From sequence record OR352938.1: 64,000 bases of DNA. One strand, given 5' to 3'. The notes below the pieces were generated by a model. That model made no database searches. It was not told the origin of the DNA and saw nothing but the letters and a program-made list of their open reading frames with translations. The position numbers and the translations under genes were made by a program. This DNA is from Escherichia phage AV108. Below are positions 1-12,106 of the stretch, one piece after another. How positions within the stretch are numbered: the stretch's first letter is position 1; every line of letters starts with the position of its first letter.

Positions 1-3314
<3,314 letters not shown>

Positions 3315-3345
3315 CGATAATGCATAAAAAGATGAGGAAATTCTA

Positions 3346-5343
3346 ATGACTCTATTATCACCGGGTTTCGAAACGAAAGAAACTACTCTCTCCACTACCA
3401 TTGTGCAATCTGCGACTGGTCGCGCGGCGCTGGTAGGTAAATTTCAATGGGGTCCAGCTTTCCAGATTGTTCAAGTAACTAATGAAGTTGAATTAGTTAA
3501 TAAATTTGGTCAGCCGGATAATAACACCGCAGACTATTTCATGAGCGGGGCTAACTTCCTCCAGTATGGCAATGACCTGCGTGTTGTTCGTGTACTCAAT
3601 AAAGAAAAAGCAAAAAACGCAACTGTCCTAGCTGGTAACGTCGAGTTTGAAATCACAAACGAAGGTTCAAACTACAAAGTAGGCGATTCGATTAATGTAA
3701 AATACAACCGTCAGGAAGTTGAAACCGCTGGCAAAGTAACCAAAGTGGATGCCGAAGGTAAAATTAAAGGTATTTTCATCCCAACCGGGAAAATCATTGC
3801 TCTGGCTAAGTCCATTGGTGTTTACCCTAATCTGGATGGGTTTACCGCAGAAATCACTTCCGGCACTGGTAACTCAACTGCGGCGATCACCATTTCAAAA
3901 ATTGTTACCGATTCCGGTCTTCTCTTAACGGATCTGGAAACTTCCCGTGCCAATATCACAAATCAAACTTTCTTGACTAAACTCAAGAAGTATGATATGC
4001 CAGCAGTAAGCGCGATCTATGCTGGTGAGATCGGGGACTCTCTGGAAGTCGAGATCCTAGCACGTAGTGCGTTTAAGAACACCGCACCGGATCTGACAAT
4101 GTATCCTTACGGCGGTACTCGCACCGCAGCACGCAACCTGATTCCATATGCACCGCAGAATGATAATCAATATGCGTTTATTGTTCGTCGTGATGGTGTT
4201 GTGGTAGAATCCTATGTACTGTCTACTCTGAAAGGGGATAAAGACGTATACGGCAATTCTATCTATATGGACGACTTCTTTGCTCGTGGTTCTAGCCAGT
4301 ACATCTATGCAACCGCTCAGGGCTGGGTAGATGGTTTCAGTGGTATTATCTCTCTTGCTGGTGGTGTGTCTGCTAACGAAGCAACGATCGGTGGAGTTGG
4401 TGCTGATCCGTTCATCGGTGCGATGATGCAAGGTTGGGATCTGTTTGCTGAACGAGAATCTATTCACGTAAACCTGTTGATCGCTGGTGCATGTGCTGGC
4501 GAAGGCGATGCGTTCTCTACCGTACAGAAACATGCTGTTTCCATCGGTGATGAGCGTCAGGATTGCTTAGTAATGGTTTCTCCGCCGCGTAGCACTGTTG
4601 TTAATATTCCGGTGACTACTGCAATTGATAACCTGATTGCATGGCGCGAAGGTTCAGGAAACTATAATGAAAACAACATGAACATTAATACCACTTACGC
4701 GGTTATTGATGGTAACTACAAATATCAGTATGACAAATACAACGACGTAAACCGTTGGGTTCCGTTGGCTGCTGATATTGCTGGTTTGTGCGCTCGTACT
4801 GATGCTGTATCCCAGCCGTGGATGAGTCCGGCAGGTTATAACCGTGGTCAGATCATGAACGTGGTTAAACTGGCAATTGAGCCTCGCAAGGCGCACCGCG
4901 ATCGTCTGTATCAGGCCGCAATTAACCCGGTGATCGGTGCTGGTGGTGAAGGGTTTATCCTGATGGGTGATAAAACCGCTACGACTGTTCCTAGCCCGTT
5001 TGACCGCATTAACGTTCGTCGTCTGTTTAACATGCTGAAAAAGAATATCGGCGATTCAAGCAAATACAAACTGTTTGAAAACAATGATAACTTTACTCGC
5101 GCTTCCTTCCGTATGGAGGTTTCGCAATATCTCAGCACGATTCGCTCTCTGGGTGGCATTTATGACTTCCGAGTACAATGCGACACCACGAATAACACGC
5201 CGGATGTAATTGATCGTAACGAATTTGTTGCTAGTATGTTCATCAAACCAGCAAAATCGATCAACTATATCATGCTCAATTTCACTGCTGTTGCAACTGG
5301 TTCTGATTTTGACGAAATTATCGGTCCAGCTAACCAGGCATAA
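3346..5343 (+). CDS. 18: tail sheath protein (T4 gp18-like)
   Basis: 665-aa ORF, RBS GAGGAAA; size and position between 17 and 19 match T4 gp18 (659 aa). Confidence 0.9.
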   Translation: MTLLSPGFETKETTLSTTIVQSATGRAALVGKFQWGPAFQIVQVTNEVELVNKFGQPDNNTADYFMSGANFLQYGNDLRVVRVLNKEKAKNATVLAGNVEFEITNEGSNYKVGDSINVKYNRQEVETAGKVTKVDAEGKIKGIFIPTGKIIALAKSIGVYPNLDGFTAEITSGTGNSTAAITISKIVTDSGLLLTDLETSRANITNQTFLTKLKKYDMPAVSAIYAGEIGDSLEVEILARSAFKNTAPDLTMYPYGGTRTAARNLIPYAPQNDNQYAFIVRRDGVVVESYVLSTLKGDKDVYGNSIYMDDFFARGSSQYIYATAQGWVDGFSGIISLAGGVSANEATIGGVGADPFIGAMMQGWDLFAERESIHVNLLIAGACAGEGDAFSTVQKHAVSIGDERQDCLVMVSPPRSTVVNIPVTTAIDNLIAWREGSGNYNENNMNINTTYAVIDGNYKYQYDKYNDVNRWVPLAADIAGLCARTDAVSQPWMSPAGYNRGQIMNVVKLAIEPRKAHRDRLYQAAINPVIGAGGEGFILMGDKTATTVPSPFDRINVRRLFNMLKKNIGDSSKYKLFENNDNFTRASFRMEVSQYLSTIRSLGGIYDFRVQCDTTNNTPDVIDRNEFVASMFIKPAKSINYIMLNFTAVATGSDFDEIIGPANQA

Positions 5344-5377
5344 TCAGTAAATTAGCATAGATTAAAAGTTAAATCAA

Positions 5378-5396
5378 GCGGGGAGAAAATCCCCGC
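5378..5396 (+). other. intercistronic stem-loop GCGGGGAGAAAATCCCCGC
   Basis: Perfect 7-bp GC stem between genes 18 and 19; same module recurs at 5924 and, inverted, at 50002. Confidence 0.5.
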
Positions 5397-5416
5397 TCTA
5401 TTAAGGAATATCAATT

Positions 5417-5911
5417 ATGGCACTCGATTTGAATGATATTACACGCGGTTTCGAGTCTGGCGATTTTGCTCGTCCTAACCTGTTTGAAGTTGAGATCCCG
5501 TATCTGGGGCAAAACTTTAAGCTGATGTGTAAGGCTGCGACTGTCCCGGCTGCTACCGTAGAAAAAATTGCTATAGGCTATCAAAACCGTAAAATTAACA
5601 TCGCTGGCGACCGTGTATACGACGACTGGACCATCACTGTATTCAACGATGACGCACACAAGATCCGTGATGCTATCGTTGCATGGAGCGATCAGACACA
5701 CGGCACTGGTTCGGCGATCACGGGTGCAACTCCTGCACAATATAAGAAACAAGCTATTGTTCGTCAACTTAACCGTAACACCGAATCAACTAGCGAAAAA
5801 ACATTGTACGGTATTTTCCCGACCAACGTTGGTGAAGTAACCCTCGATTGGGAACAAAACAACGAAGTTGAAACGTTTGAAGTTACTTTTGCTATCGATT
5901 GGGTAGAATAA
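5417..5911 (+). CDS. 19: tail tube protein (T4 gp19-like)
   Basis: 164-aa ORF immediately after sheath gene; size and synteny match T4 gp19. Confidence 0.88.
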   Translation: MALDLNDITRGFESGDFARPNLFEVEIPYLGQNFKLMCKAATVPAATVEKIAIGYQNRKINIAGDRVYDDWTITVFNDDAHKIRDAIVAWSDQTHGTGSAITGATPAQYKKQAIVRQLNRNTESTSEKTLYGIFPTNVGEVTLDWEQNNEVETFEVTFAIDWVE

Positions 5912-5923
5912 ATATATTATCAT

Positions 5924-5942
5924 GCGGGGAGAAGTTCCCCGC
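5924..5942 (+). other. intercistronic stem-loop GCGGGGAGAAGTTCCCCGC
   Basis: Near-identical hairpin to 5378-5396, between genes 19 and 20. Confidence 0.5.
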
Positions 5943-5969
5943 CTAATTTCTCCCAATTCGAGGTGAATA

Positions 5970-7535
5970 ATGTTTAGTAGATTAAAAATGCTTGCGCGTT
6001 GGGCTGATTTTGACAACGACAAATACGAAGAACAAATTAAAGATAAAGCAGAGTCTATCGCCGCACCTAAAAACAATGATGGTGCTACGGAAGTAGAAAT
6101 TAATGATAATTTACCTGCTAGCGCGTGGAACTCTCTTACCCAGCAATTTTACAGCACCGACCAGAAAATCAGCACAACTAAGCAATTAGTTAACACATAT
6201 CGCGGTTTGATGAATAACCATGAAGTCGAAAACGCTGTACAAAATATCGTTAACGATGCGATTGTATTTGAAGAAGGTCATGAAGTTGTTTCATTAAATC
6301 TTGAGGCGACTGGCTTTAGTGAATCTGTAAAAGAGCGCATTCATGAAGAATTTAAAGATCTTTTAAACACTATCCAGTTTGATAGGCGCGGTCAGGATAT
6401 GTTCCGTCGCTGGTATGTCGATTCGCGTATTTTCTTCCATAAAATCATCGGCAAAAATCCAAAAGATGGTATCGTAGAATTACGCCAGCTTGACCCACGT
6501 AATCTTGAATACGTTCGAGAGATCATTACAGAAGACACACCGGAAGGTAAAATTTATAAAGCAACGAAAGAATATTTCATTTACACTGTAGGCAATAGCT
6601 CTTATTGCGCAGGTGGTCAAGTATTCTCTCCTAATAGTCGCGTTAAAATCCCGCGTAGTGCTATTACATACGCTCACAGCGGCTTGATGGATTGCGATGA
6701 TAAATATATCATTGGTTATTTGCATCGGGCTGTTAAGCCAGCAAACCAGCTTAAATTGTTGGAAGACGCAATGGTCGTTTATCGTATCACGCGTGCACCG
6801 GAACGCCGAGTGTTCTTTATTGATACCGGAAACATGAACAACCGCAAGGCTGCACAGCACATGAACTCAGTGGCACAGTCTTTTAAAAACCGCGTTGTTT
6901 ATGATGCATCGACTGGTAAACTTAAAAACCAGCAAGCAAATCTATCAATGACAGAGGACTACTGGTTACAGCGTCGAGATGGTAAAGCAATCACCGACGT
7001 TACTACTTTACCCGGTGCATCCGGTATGAGTGATATCGATGATATTCGCTACTTTAACCGTAAATTGTATGAAGCGTTGCGTGTACCATTGTCACGCAGT
7101 AATCTCTCCGATGCTAATATGGTGATCGGTGGTGACGGTTCAGAAATTACTCGCGATGAGTTGGAATTTTCGAAATTCATTAGAACTCTGCAATCACAGT
7201 TTTCGGAAGTATTGCGCGATCCTCTGAAATATAATCTGATTCTCAAAAATGTAATTACGGAAGACGATTGGGATCGTGAAATAAATAATATCAAGGTGGT
7301 TTTCCATCGGGACTCTTATTATACAGAAGTTAAAGACGCGGAAATTTTAGAACGTCGAATCGGTCTAATCGAACGTATTACACCTTACATTGGTAAATAT
7401 TTCTCTAACCAGACAGTGATGCGTGACATTCTGAAATATACCGATGACCAGATGGACACCGAGAAGAAACAGATCGAAGAAGAAGCGAACGATCCGCGCT
7501 TTAAACAAACTCCCGATGAAATAGAGGATTTTTAA
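5970..7535 (+). CDS. 20: portal vertex protein (T4 gp20-like)
   Basis: 521-aa ORF; size and position match T4 gp20 (524 aa). Confidence 0.9.
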   Translation: MFSRLKMLARWADFDNDKYEEQIKDKAESIAAPKNNDGATEVEINDNLPASAWNSLTQQFYSTDQKISTTKQLVNTYRGLMNNHEVENAVQNIVNDAIVFEEGHEVVSLNLEATGFSESVKERIHEEFKDLLNTIQFDRRGQDMFRRWYVDSRIFFHKIIGKNPKDGIVELRQLDPRNLEYVREIITEDTPEGKIYKATKEYFIYTVGNSSYCAGGQVFSPNSRVKIPRSAITYAHSGLMDCDDKYIIGYLHRAVKPANQLKLLEDAMVVYRITRAPERRVFFIDTGNMNNRKAAQHMNSVAQSFKNRVVYDASTGKLKNQQANLSMTEDYWLQRRDGKAITDVTTLPGASGMSDIDDIRYFNRKLYEALRVPLSRSNLSDANMVIGGDGSEITRDELEFSKFIRTLQSQFSEVLRDPLKYNLILKNVITEDDWDREINNIKVVFHRDSYYTEVKDAEILERRIGLIERITPYIGKYFSNQTVMRDILKYTDDQMDTEKKQIEEEANDPRFKQTPDEIEDF

Positions 7536-7775
7536 ATGAAACAATTTATCGAAGCAATTAAAACTCGCGATCTAACGCTGATCGAAAAAGAATTTGATAA
7601 GATCATGGAGGCTAAAAAAGCCCAGATCATCGAATCTCAGCGTGTCGAAATCGCATCCAGTATCATGATCGAAGGTGAAGAAGAAAAAGACCGCGATGAT
7701 GAAGATATGGAAGATGAGGACGACGAAGACGAAGATCGCAAAGACGATAAAAAAGACAAAGAAGACGACGAATAA
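7536..7775 (+). CDS. 67: prohead core protein (T4 gp67-like)
   Basis: 79-aa ORF with highly acidic C-terminus, directly after portal gene as in T4. Confidence 0.7.
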   Translation: MKQFIEAIKTRDLTLIEKEFDKIMEAKKAQIIESQRVEIASSIMIEGEEEKDRDDEDMEDEDDEDEDRKDDKKDKEDDE

Positions 7776-7787
7776 TAGGAAGCCAAC

Positions 7788-8195
7788 ATGATTAAAGATT
7801 TTACTCCTAAAGCTGACTTAGAAACTTTTCTGCCGGAAGCACAGGAAAAATTGGACATGTTGGCTATGTTTGAGTCAGAAGAACTATTGAAAATCGTTGA
7901 AGGTATCTCCGAGGATGAGCCGGAACTGGCGGTAGCAATGCTGTCTATCATCGACGGAATTACTGTAAATGAAGCAATGGTTAAACATGTAAACGCACGC
8001 GGGGAAGTTGCACGTAAGAAAGATCGCAAAACCCGTGAGCGTAATGCTTACATGACTACTGGCCTAAGCAAAGCTAAACGCCGTCAAATTGCCCGTCGTG
8101 CTGCAAAAACCAAACGTGCAAATCCATCTATCGAACGTCATGCGGAACGTAAGCGCAAAAAAGCAATGCGTAAACGTAAGGCGTTAGGATTATAA
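7788..8195 (+). CDS. 68: prohead core protein (T4 gp68-like)
   Basis: 135-aa ORF with basic C-terminus; synteny between 67 and 21. Confidence 0.68.
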   Translation: MIKDFTPKADLETFLPEAQEKLDMLAMFESEELLKIVEGISEDEPELAVAMLSIIDGITVNEAMVKHVNARGEVARKKDRKTRERNAYMTTGLSKAKRRQIARRAAKTKRANPSIERHAERKRKKAMRKRKALGL

Positions 8196-8206
8196 CAGGA
8201 AACAAC

Positions 8207-8902
8207 ATGGAAAAGAACGAATTACTGATCGAACAATGGGGCGTTCCTTGTGCTCGCGGTAGTTCGTCATTGCTTGAATCATTTGATGATAAGGCTACAG
8301 GAAATCTCTATATTCAAGGGATTTTCCTGCAAGCCGAAACAGTAAACCGTAATAAACGCTGGTATCCTCGCAGTGTTCTAGAAAATGCGGTTACTAAATA
8401 CATACATGAACAAGTTGAGACACATCAAGCTCTAGGCGAACTTAATCACCCAGCAAGAGCAATGCCAGATCCATCTAATGCTTGCATCATAATTGAAAAA
8501 TTATGGTGGGAAGGTAATAACGTGATGGGTAAAGCCCGTGTTATTGAAGGGGATAAAGGCGCAGGTGATAAACTTGCTGCACTGATTCGCGCTGGCTGGA
8601 TTCCTGGCGTTTCTTCCCGTGGATTGGGTCGTTTGAAAGACTCAGGTCGCGGATACAATATTGTACAGGAAGGTTTTGTGTTGACGGTTGGTGTTGATGT
8701 TGTATGGGGTCCAAGCGCACCAGATGCGTGGGTAACTCCGGTGGTTGAGTCAACGGATAGCGATTCTAGCGCGTCGGACGCACCAGAAAGCGATAAAACC
8801 GAAAAAGTGACTAACCCTACAGCCTCACAACAAAACATCGTAGAATCGAATAATAGCGCGTTTATGGCGCTCGCAGAAGCGTTATCTAAACGCTATAAAT
8901 AA
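8207..8902 (+). CDS. 21: prohead core scaffold protease (T4 gp21-like)
   Basis: 231-aa ORF in conserved position before 22; assignment from synteny and size. Confidence 0.85.
   Translation: MEKNELLIEQWGVPCARGSSSLLESFDDKATGNLYIQGIFLQAETVNRNKRWYPRSVLENAVTKYIHEQVETHQALGELNHPARAMPDPSNACIIIEKLWWEGNNVMGKARVIEGDKGAGDKLAALIRAGWIPGVSSRGLGRLKDSGRGYNIVQEGFVLTVGVDVVWGPSAPDAWVTPVVESTDSDSSASDAPESDKTEKVTNPTASQQNIVESNNSAFMALAEALSKRYK
8894..8901 (+). promoter_or_regulatory. T4-type late promoter (TATAAATA) for gene 22
   Basis: Exact TATAAATA inside the 3' end of gene 21, about 33 nt upstream of gene 22 ATG. Confidence 0.5.
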
Positions 8903-8933
8903 TAACGTCGTTATCAACAAGAAGGTTATAACC

Positions 8934-9728
8934 ATGCTTAAAGAAATGCTGCTCGAAGAAGCAAAACAGATCACCGTAGACGTTGCTCTCGATGACCTGT
9001 TTGAATCCGTCGAACTGTCGCCGGAAGTAAAAGAAAATTTTGGTACTATCTACGCTCAGGCGGTAAAAGCTAATGCTGTTGCTCTGGCAGAAAGCCACAT
9101 TGAAAAAATCGCCGCTAAAGCCGATGAACTGGTAGAATCAAAGGTCGAAGAAGCACGCACCGAGATTGAAACCAAACTGTACGAAGATGCAGATAAATTC
9201 CTGAATCACTTAGGCGCTAAATGGCTGGCAGAAAATAAAGAAGCCGTTACCCGTAATATTAAAGCGGATCTGTGCGAATCCCTGATTGGTTCTCTGAAAG
9301 ATGTTTTCGTTACTCACAATGTTGTAGTACCGGAAGAATCTGTAGACGTTGTTGCTGAACTTGACGAAGCACTCAAAGAAGAAAAAGAAAAAACCTCTGA
9401 ACTCTTTGATGCCAAACTGCAACTTGAAAGCGAAATTCGTGGCATGAAGCGCGAACAAGCGATCAATGAAAGCACTCGTGATCTTTCCGATACTCAGAAA
9501 GAAAAAGTAACCGCGCTGATTGAAGGTCTGGAATATAGCGAAACTTTCGATAAGAAATTAACTGCAATTGTCGAAATGGTTGCTAAAAAAGAAGACAAAC
9601 CAGCGAAGATTGAAGAATCACTAAATACTGATGCCGACAAGCTGAATGTTATTGCAGAAGCTGTCGAAGAATCAGAGAAAAAAGCAACTGTAGATTCCGG
9701 CGTATCTCGCTACCTGAATTTCATCTAA
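8934..9728 (+). CDS. 22: prohead core scaffold protein (T4 gp22-like)
   Basis: 264-aa acidic, Glu/Lys-rich coiled-coil-like ORF between 21 and 23. Confidence 0.85.
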   Translation: MLKEMLLEEAKQITVDVALDDLFESVELSPEVKENFGTIYAQAVKANAVALAESHIEKIAAKADELVESKVEEARTEIETKLYEDADKFLNHLGAKWLAENKEAVTRNIKADLCESLIGSLKDVFVTHNVVVPEESVDVVAELDEALKEEKEKTSELFDAKLQLESEIRGMKREQAINESTRDLSDTQKEKVTALIEGLEYSETFDKKLTAIVEMVAKKEDKPAKIEESLNTDADKLNVIAEAVEESEKKATVDSGVSRYLNFI

Positions 9729-9786
9729 TGCAATTCAAATCTACTAATAAATACTTTAGGTTAACAACAAACAAGGTTTAAAGAAC

Positions 9787-11370
9787 ATGAAAACTACCAA
9801 AGAACTGATGGAAAAATGGTCACCGCTGCTGGAAAACGAAAAACTGCCGGAAATCGCAACTGCGTCTAAGCAGAAACTGGTTGCTAAAATTCTGGAATCT
9901 CAGGAAGCGGATTTTGCTGTAGACCCGATCTATAAGGATGAAAAAGTTGTTGAAGCATTCGGTGGCTTTATCGCAGAAGCCGAAGTTGCTGGCGACCACG
10001 GTTATGACGCATCTAATATCGCGGCTGGTCAGACTACTGGTGCAATCACCAACGTAGGTCCGGCTGTTATCGGTATGGTTCGCCGTGCTATTCCTAACCT
10101 GATCGCATTTGATATTTGTGGCGTTCAGCCGATGAGCACTCCGACTAGCCAGATCTTTGCAATCCGTTCTGTATACGGTGGCGATCCGCTGAAATCCGAT
10201 GCTCGCGAAGCATTCCACCCGATGTTTGCGCCGGATGTATATCATAGCTCTCTTGCCGCTAAAGACGCAACCGCAAGCTCTCCGACTGGTACTGCATTCC
10301 AGAAACTGCAAAACAGCCAAGCAATCAACGAAGGTGATATTGTATATCACGTATTCGAACAGACTGGTATTGCATATCTGCAAAACGTTAAAGGTTCTAC
10401 CGTAACACCTACTCAGGCGGGAGATACCCTTGATGAATGCGTAATGAAGCTGATCGAAAAAGGCGAACTGGCTGAAATTGCTGCTGGTATGGCTACTTCC
10501 ATCGCTGAATTGCAGCAAGGGTTTAATGGTTCTCAGAATAACCCGTGGAACGAAATGTCAATGCGTATTGACAAACAGGTTGTTGAAGCGAAATCTCGCC
10601 AACTGAAAGCCCGTTATTCTATCGAAGTTGCGCAGGATCTGCGTGCTGTACACGGTATGGATGCTGATGCCGAACTGAATGCTATCCTGGCTAACGAAGT
10701 TCTGCTGGAAATCAACCGTGAAATCGTTGACGTTATCAACTTTACCGCACAGGTTGGTAAGACTGGTATGACTCAGACCGTTGGTTCTAAAGCTGGTGTA
10801 TTTGACCTGCAAGACCCGATCGATACTCGCGGTGCTCGTTGGGCTGGTGAATCCTTCAAATCTCTGATCTATCAGATCGACAAAGAAGCTGCTGAAATCG
10901 CTCGTCAGACTGGTCGCGGTGCTGGTAACTTTATTATCGCTTCCCGTAACGTTGTAAACATTCTGGCTTCTGCTGATCAGGGTATCAGTCTTGCTATGCA
11001 GGGTGCTGCAAAAGGTCTGAATACCGACACCACTAAAGCTGTTTTCGCTGGTGTTCTGGCTGGTAAGTACAAAGTATTCATCGACCAGTATGCTCGTCAA
11101 GACTACTTCACCGTAGGTTACAAAGGCGACAACGAAATGGATGCTGGTATCTACTATGCTCCGTATGTTGCTCTGACTCCGCTGCGTGCAACTGACCCGC
11201 AGTCTTTCCACCCGGTTCTGGGCTTCAAGACTCGCTATGGCATCGGCATTAACCCGTTTGCAGACAGCAAATCCCAGGCACCGTCCGCTCGCATCACCTC
11301 CGGTATGTTGAGCAAAGACAGCGTAGGTAAAAACGCATACTTCCGTCGTGTATGGGTTAAAGGTTGCTAA
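9787..11370 (+). CDS. 23: major capsid protein (T4 gp23-like)
   Basis: 527-aa ORF near-collinear with T4 gp23 as recalled (MVRRAIPNLIAFDICGVQPM, FKTRYGIGINPF, NAYFRRV). Confidence 0.95.
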   Translation: MKTTKELMEKWSPLLENEKLPEIATASKQKLVAKILESQEADFAVDPIYKDEKVVEAFGGFIAEAEVAGDHGYDASNIAAGQTTGAITNVGPAVIGMVRRAIPNLIAFDICGVQPMSTPTSQIFAIRSVYGGDPLKSDAREAFHPMFAPDVYHSSLAAKDATASSPTGTAFQKLQNSQAINEGDIVYHVFEQTGIAYLQNVKGSTVTPTQAGDTLDECVMKLIEKGELAEIAAGMATSIAELQQGFNGSQNNPWNEMSMRIDKQVVEAKSRQLKARYSIEVAQDLRAVHGMDADAELNAILANEVLLEINREIVDVINFTAQVGKTGMTQTVGSKAGVFDLQDPIDTRGARWAGESFKSLIYQIDKEAAEIARQTGRGAGNFIIASRNVVNILASADQGISLAMQGAAKGLNTDTTKAVFAGVLAGKYKVFIDQYARQDYFTVGYKGDNEMDAGIYYAPYVALTPLRATDPQSFHPVLGFKTRYGIGINPFADSKSQAPSARITSGMLSKDSVGKNAYFRRVWVKGC

Positions 11371-11454
11371 TATAAGCCATTCCGAAAAACTCCGGTCGGG
11401 TGCAATACCCGACTTATCATAAACCTTATGACAGTGTAAAGTGTTAATTCCAAA

Positions 11455-11483
11455 GGGAAGACTCGAAAGGGTCTTCCCTTTTT
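11455..11483 (+). terminator. rho-independent terminator after gene 23
   Basis: GGGAAGAC-loop-GTCTTCCC stem followed by TTTTT, 85 nt after gene 23 stop. Confidence 0.75.
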
Positions 11484-11499
11484 GCGTATTATATCTCGT

Positions 11500-11507
11500 T
11501 ATAAATA
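11500..11507 (+). promoter_or_regulatory. T4-type late promoter (TATAAATA)
   Basis: Exact TATAAATA just after the gene 23 terminator, upstream of two small + ORFs. Confidence 0.4.
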
Positions 11508-11699
11508 AGGTTGCAAGCCTATATTCTATTGGGAGCGAAAATAGATACACACAACAAAGACAGGAAGATGCAGAACATCGGGGGTCGTGAGCCTAAAATC
11601 CGGTGGCTATGATATGTGTAATTGCTTTTGATGCTGGATTTATTAAAACACAACAAACAATTCCACCAATTTTCGTAGTAACTGCATGACAAAGGACCA

Positions 11700-11837
11700 A
11701 TGAATGAAATGAGCGTTCATGTTGATATTGGGTCGGATAGATTTGGTAGATATACAGATCTGGTGTATGTCGACCTTGTTATGGCATTCCAGCGTGACGC
11801 TAGCGGTAATTTTTGGTTTTGGTACGCTGTTCCCTGA
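11700..11837 (+). CDS. hypothetical small protein (45 aa)
   Basis: Short ORF with weak AAGGA RBS close to ATG; below ORF-track size cutoff. Confidence 0.2.
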   Translation: MNEMSVHVDIGSDRFGRYTDLVYVDLVMAFQRDASGNFWFWYAVP

Positions 11838-11869
11838 ATTAACCCAAAATTCTCCATAAGGAGGAATGC

Positions 11870-12022
11870 ATGAGTAAGAAAGAAAACAGCTATGTTATGA
11901 CTCGTAAGGAATACAACGAATTGATGTTAGCATTAGCTTATGCAATTATTCGTTCTGATCATGCAATTAATATGGTAAACAAAGTTAACCGTAGCGTTGA
12001 TAATGTTTCTAGGAAGAAGTAA
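11870..12022 (+). CDS. hypothetical small protein (50 aa)
   Basis: ORF preceded by strong RBS TAAGGAGGA and followed by a terminator hairpin. Confidence 0.4.
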   Translation: MSKKENSYVMTRKEYNELMLALAYAIIRSDHAINMVNKVNRSVDNVSRKK

Positions 12023-12032
12023 GTTTATTTTT

Positions 12033-12060
12033 GGAATCCTTCGGATTCCTTTTTCTTTTT
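12033..12060 (+). terminator. rho-independent terminator
   Basis: GGAATCC-TTCG-GGATTCC stem followed by a T-run. Confidence 0.7.
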
Positions 12061-12061
12061 G

Positions 12062-12069
12062 TATAAATA
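12062..12069 (+). promoter_or_regulatory. T4-type late promoter (TATAAATA) for gene 24
   Basis: Exact TATAAATA 38 nt upstream of gene 24 ATG. Confidence 0.55.
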
Positions 12070-12106
12070 TGATATATCCATTAAGGCAAATACAGGATTC
12101 ATAAAC

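Noticed and set aside
9746-9753. Late promoter for gene 23 at AATAAATA
   Set aside because: One mismatch from TATAAATA at the first position; plausible but not reported as a feature without an exact match.
9820-11550. Long antisense ORFs inside gene 23 (9820-10518 and 10558-11550, minus strand)
   Set aside because: Shadow ORFs on the opposite strand of a strongly conserved gene; no RBS. The same reasoning applies to other antisense track ORFs such as 225-539, 4057-4533, 17201-17623, 31067-31669 and 50345-50812.
12059-12106. Gene 24 start at 12059 as given in the ORF track
   Set aside because: 12059 is a TTG inside the late promoter TATAAATA; the ATG at 12107 has an RBS and gives an N-terminus matching gp24.
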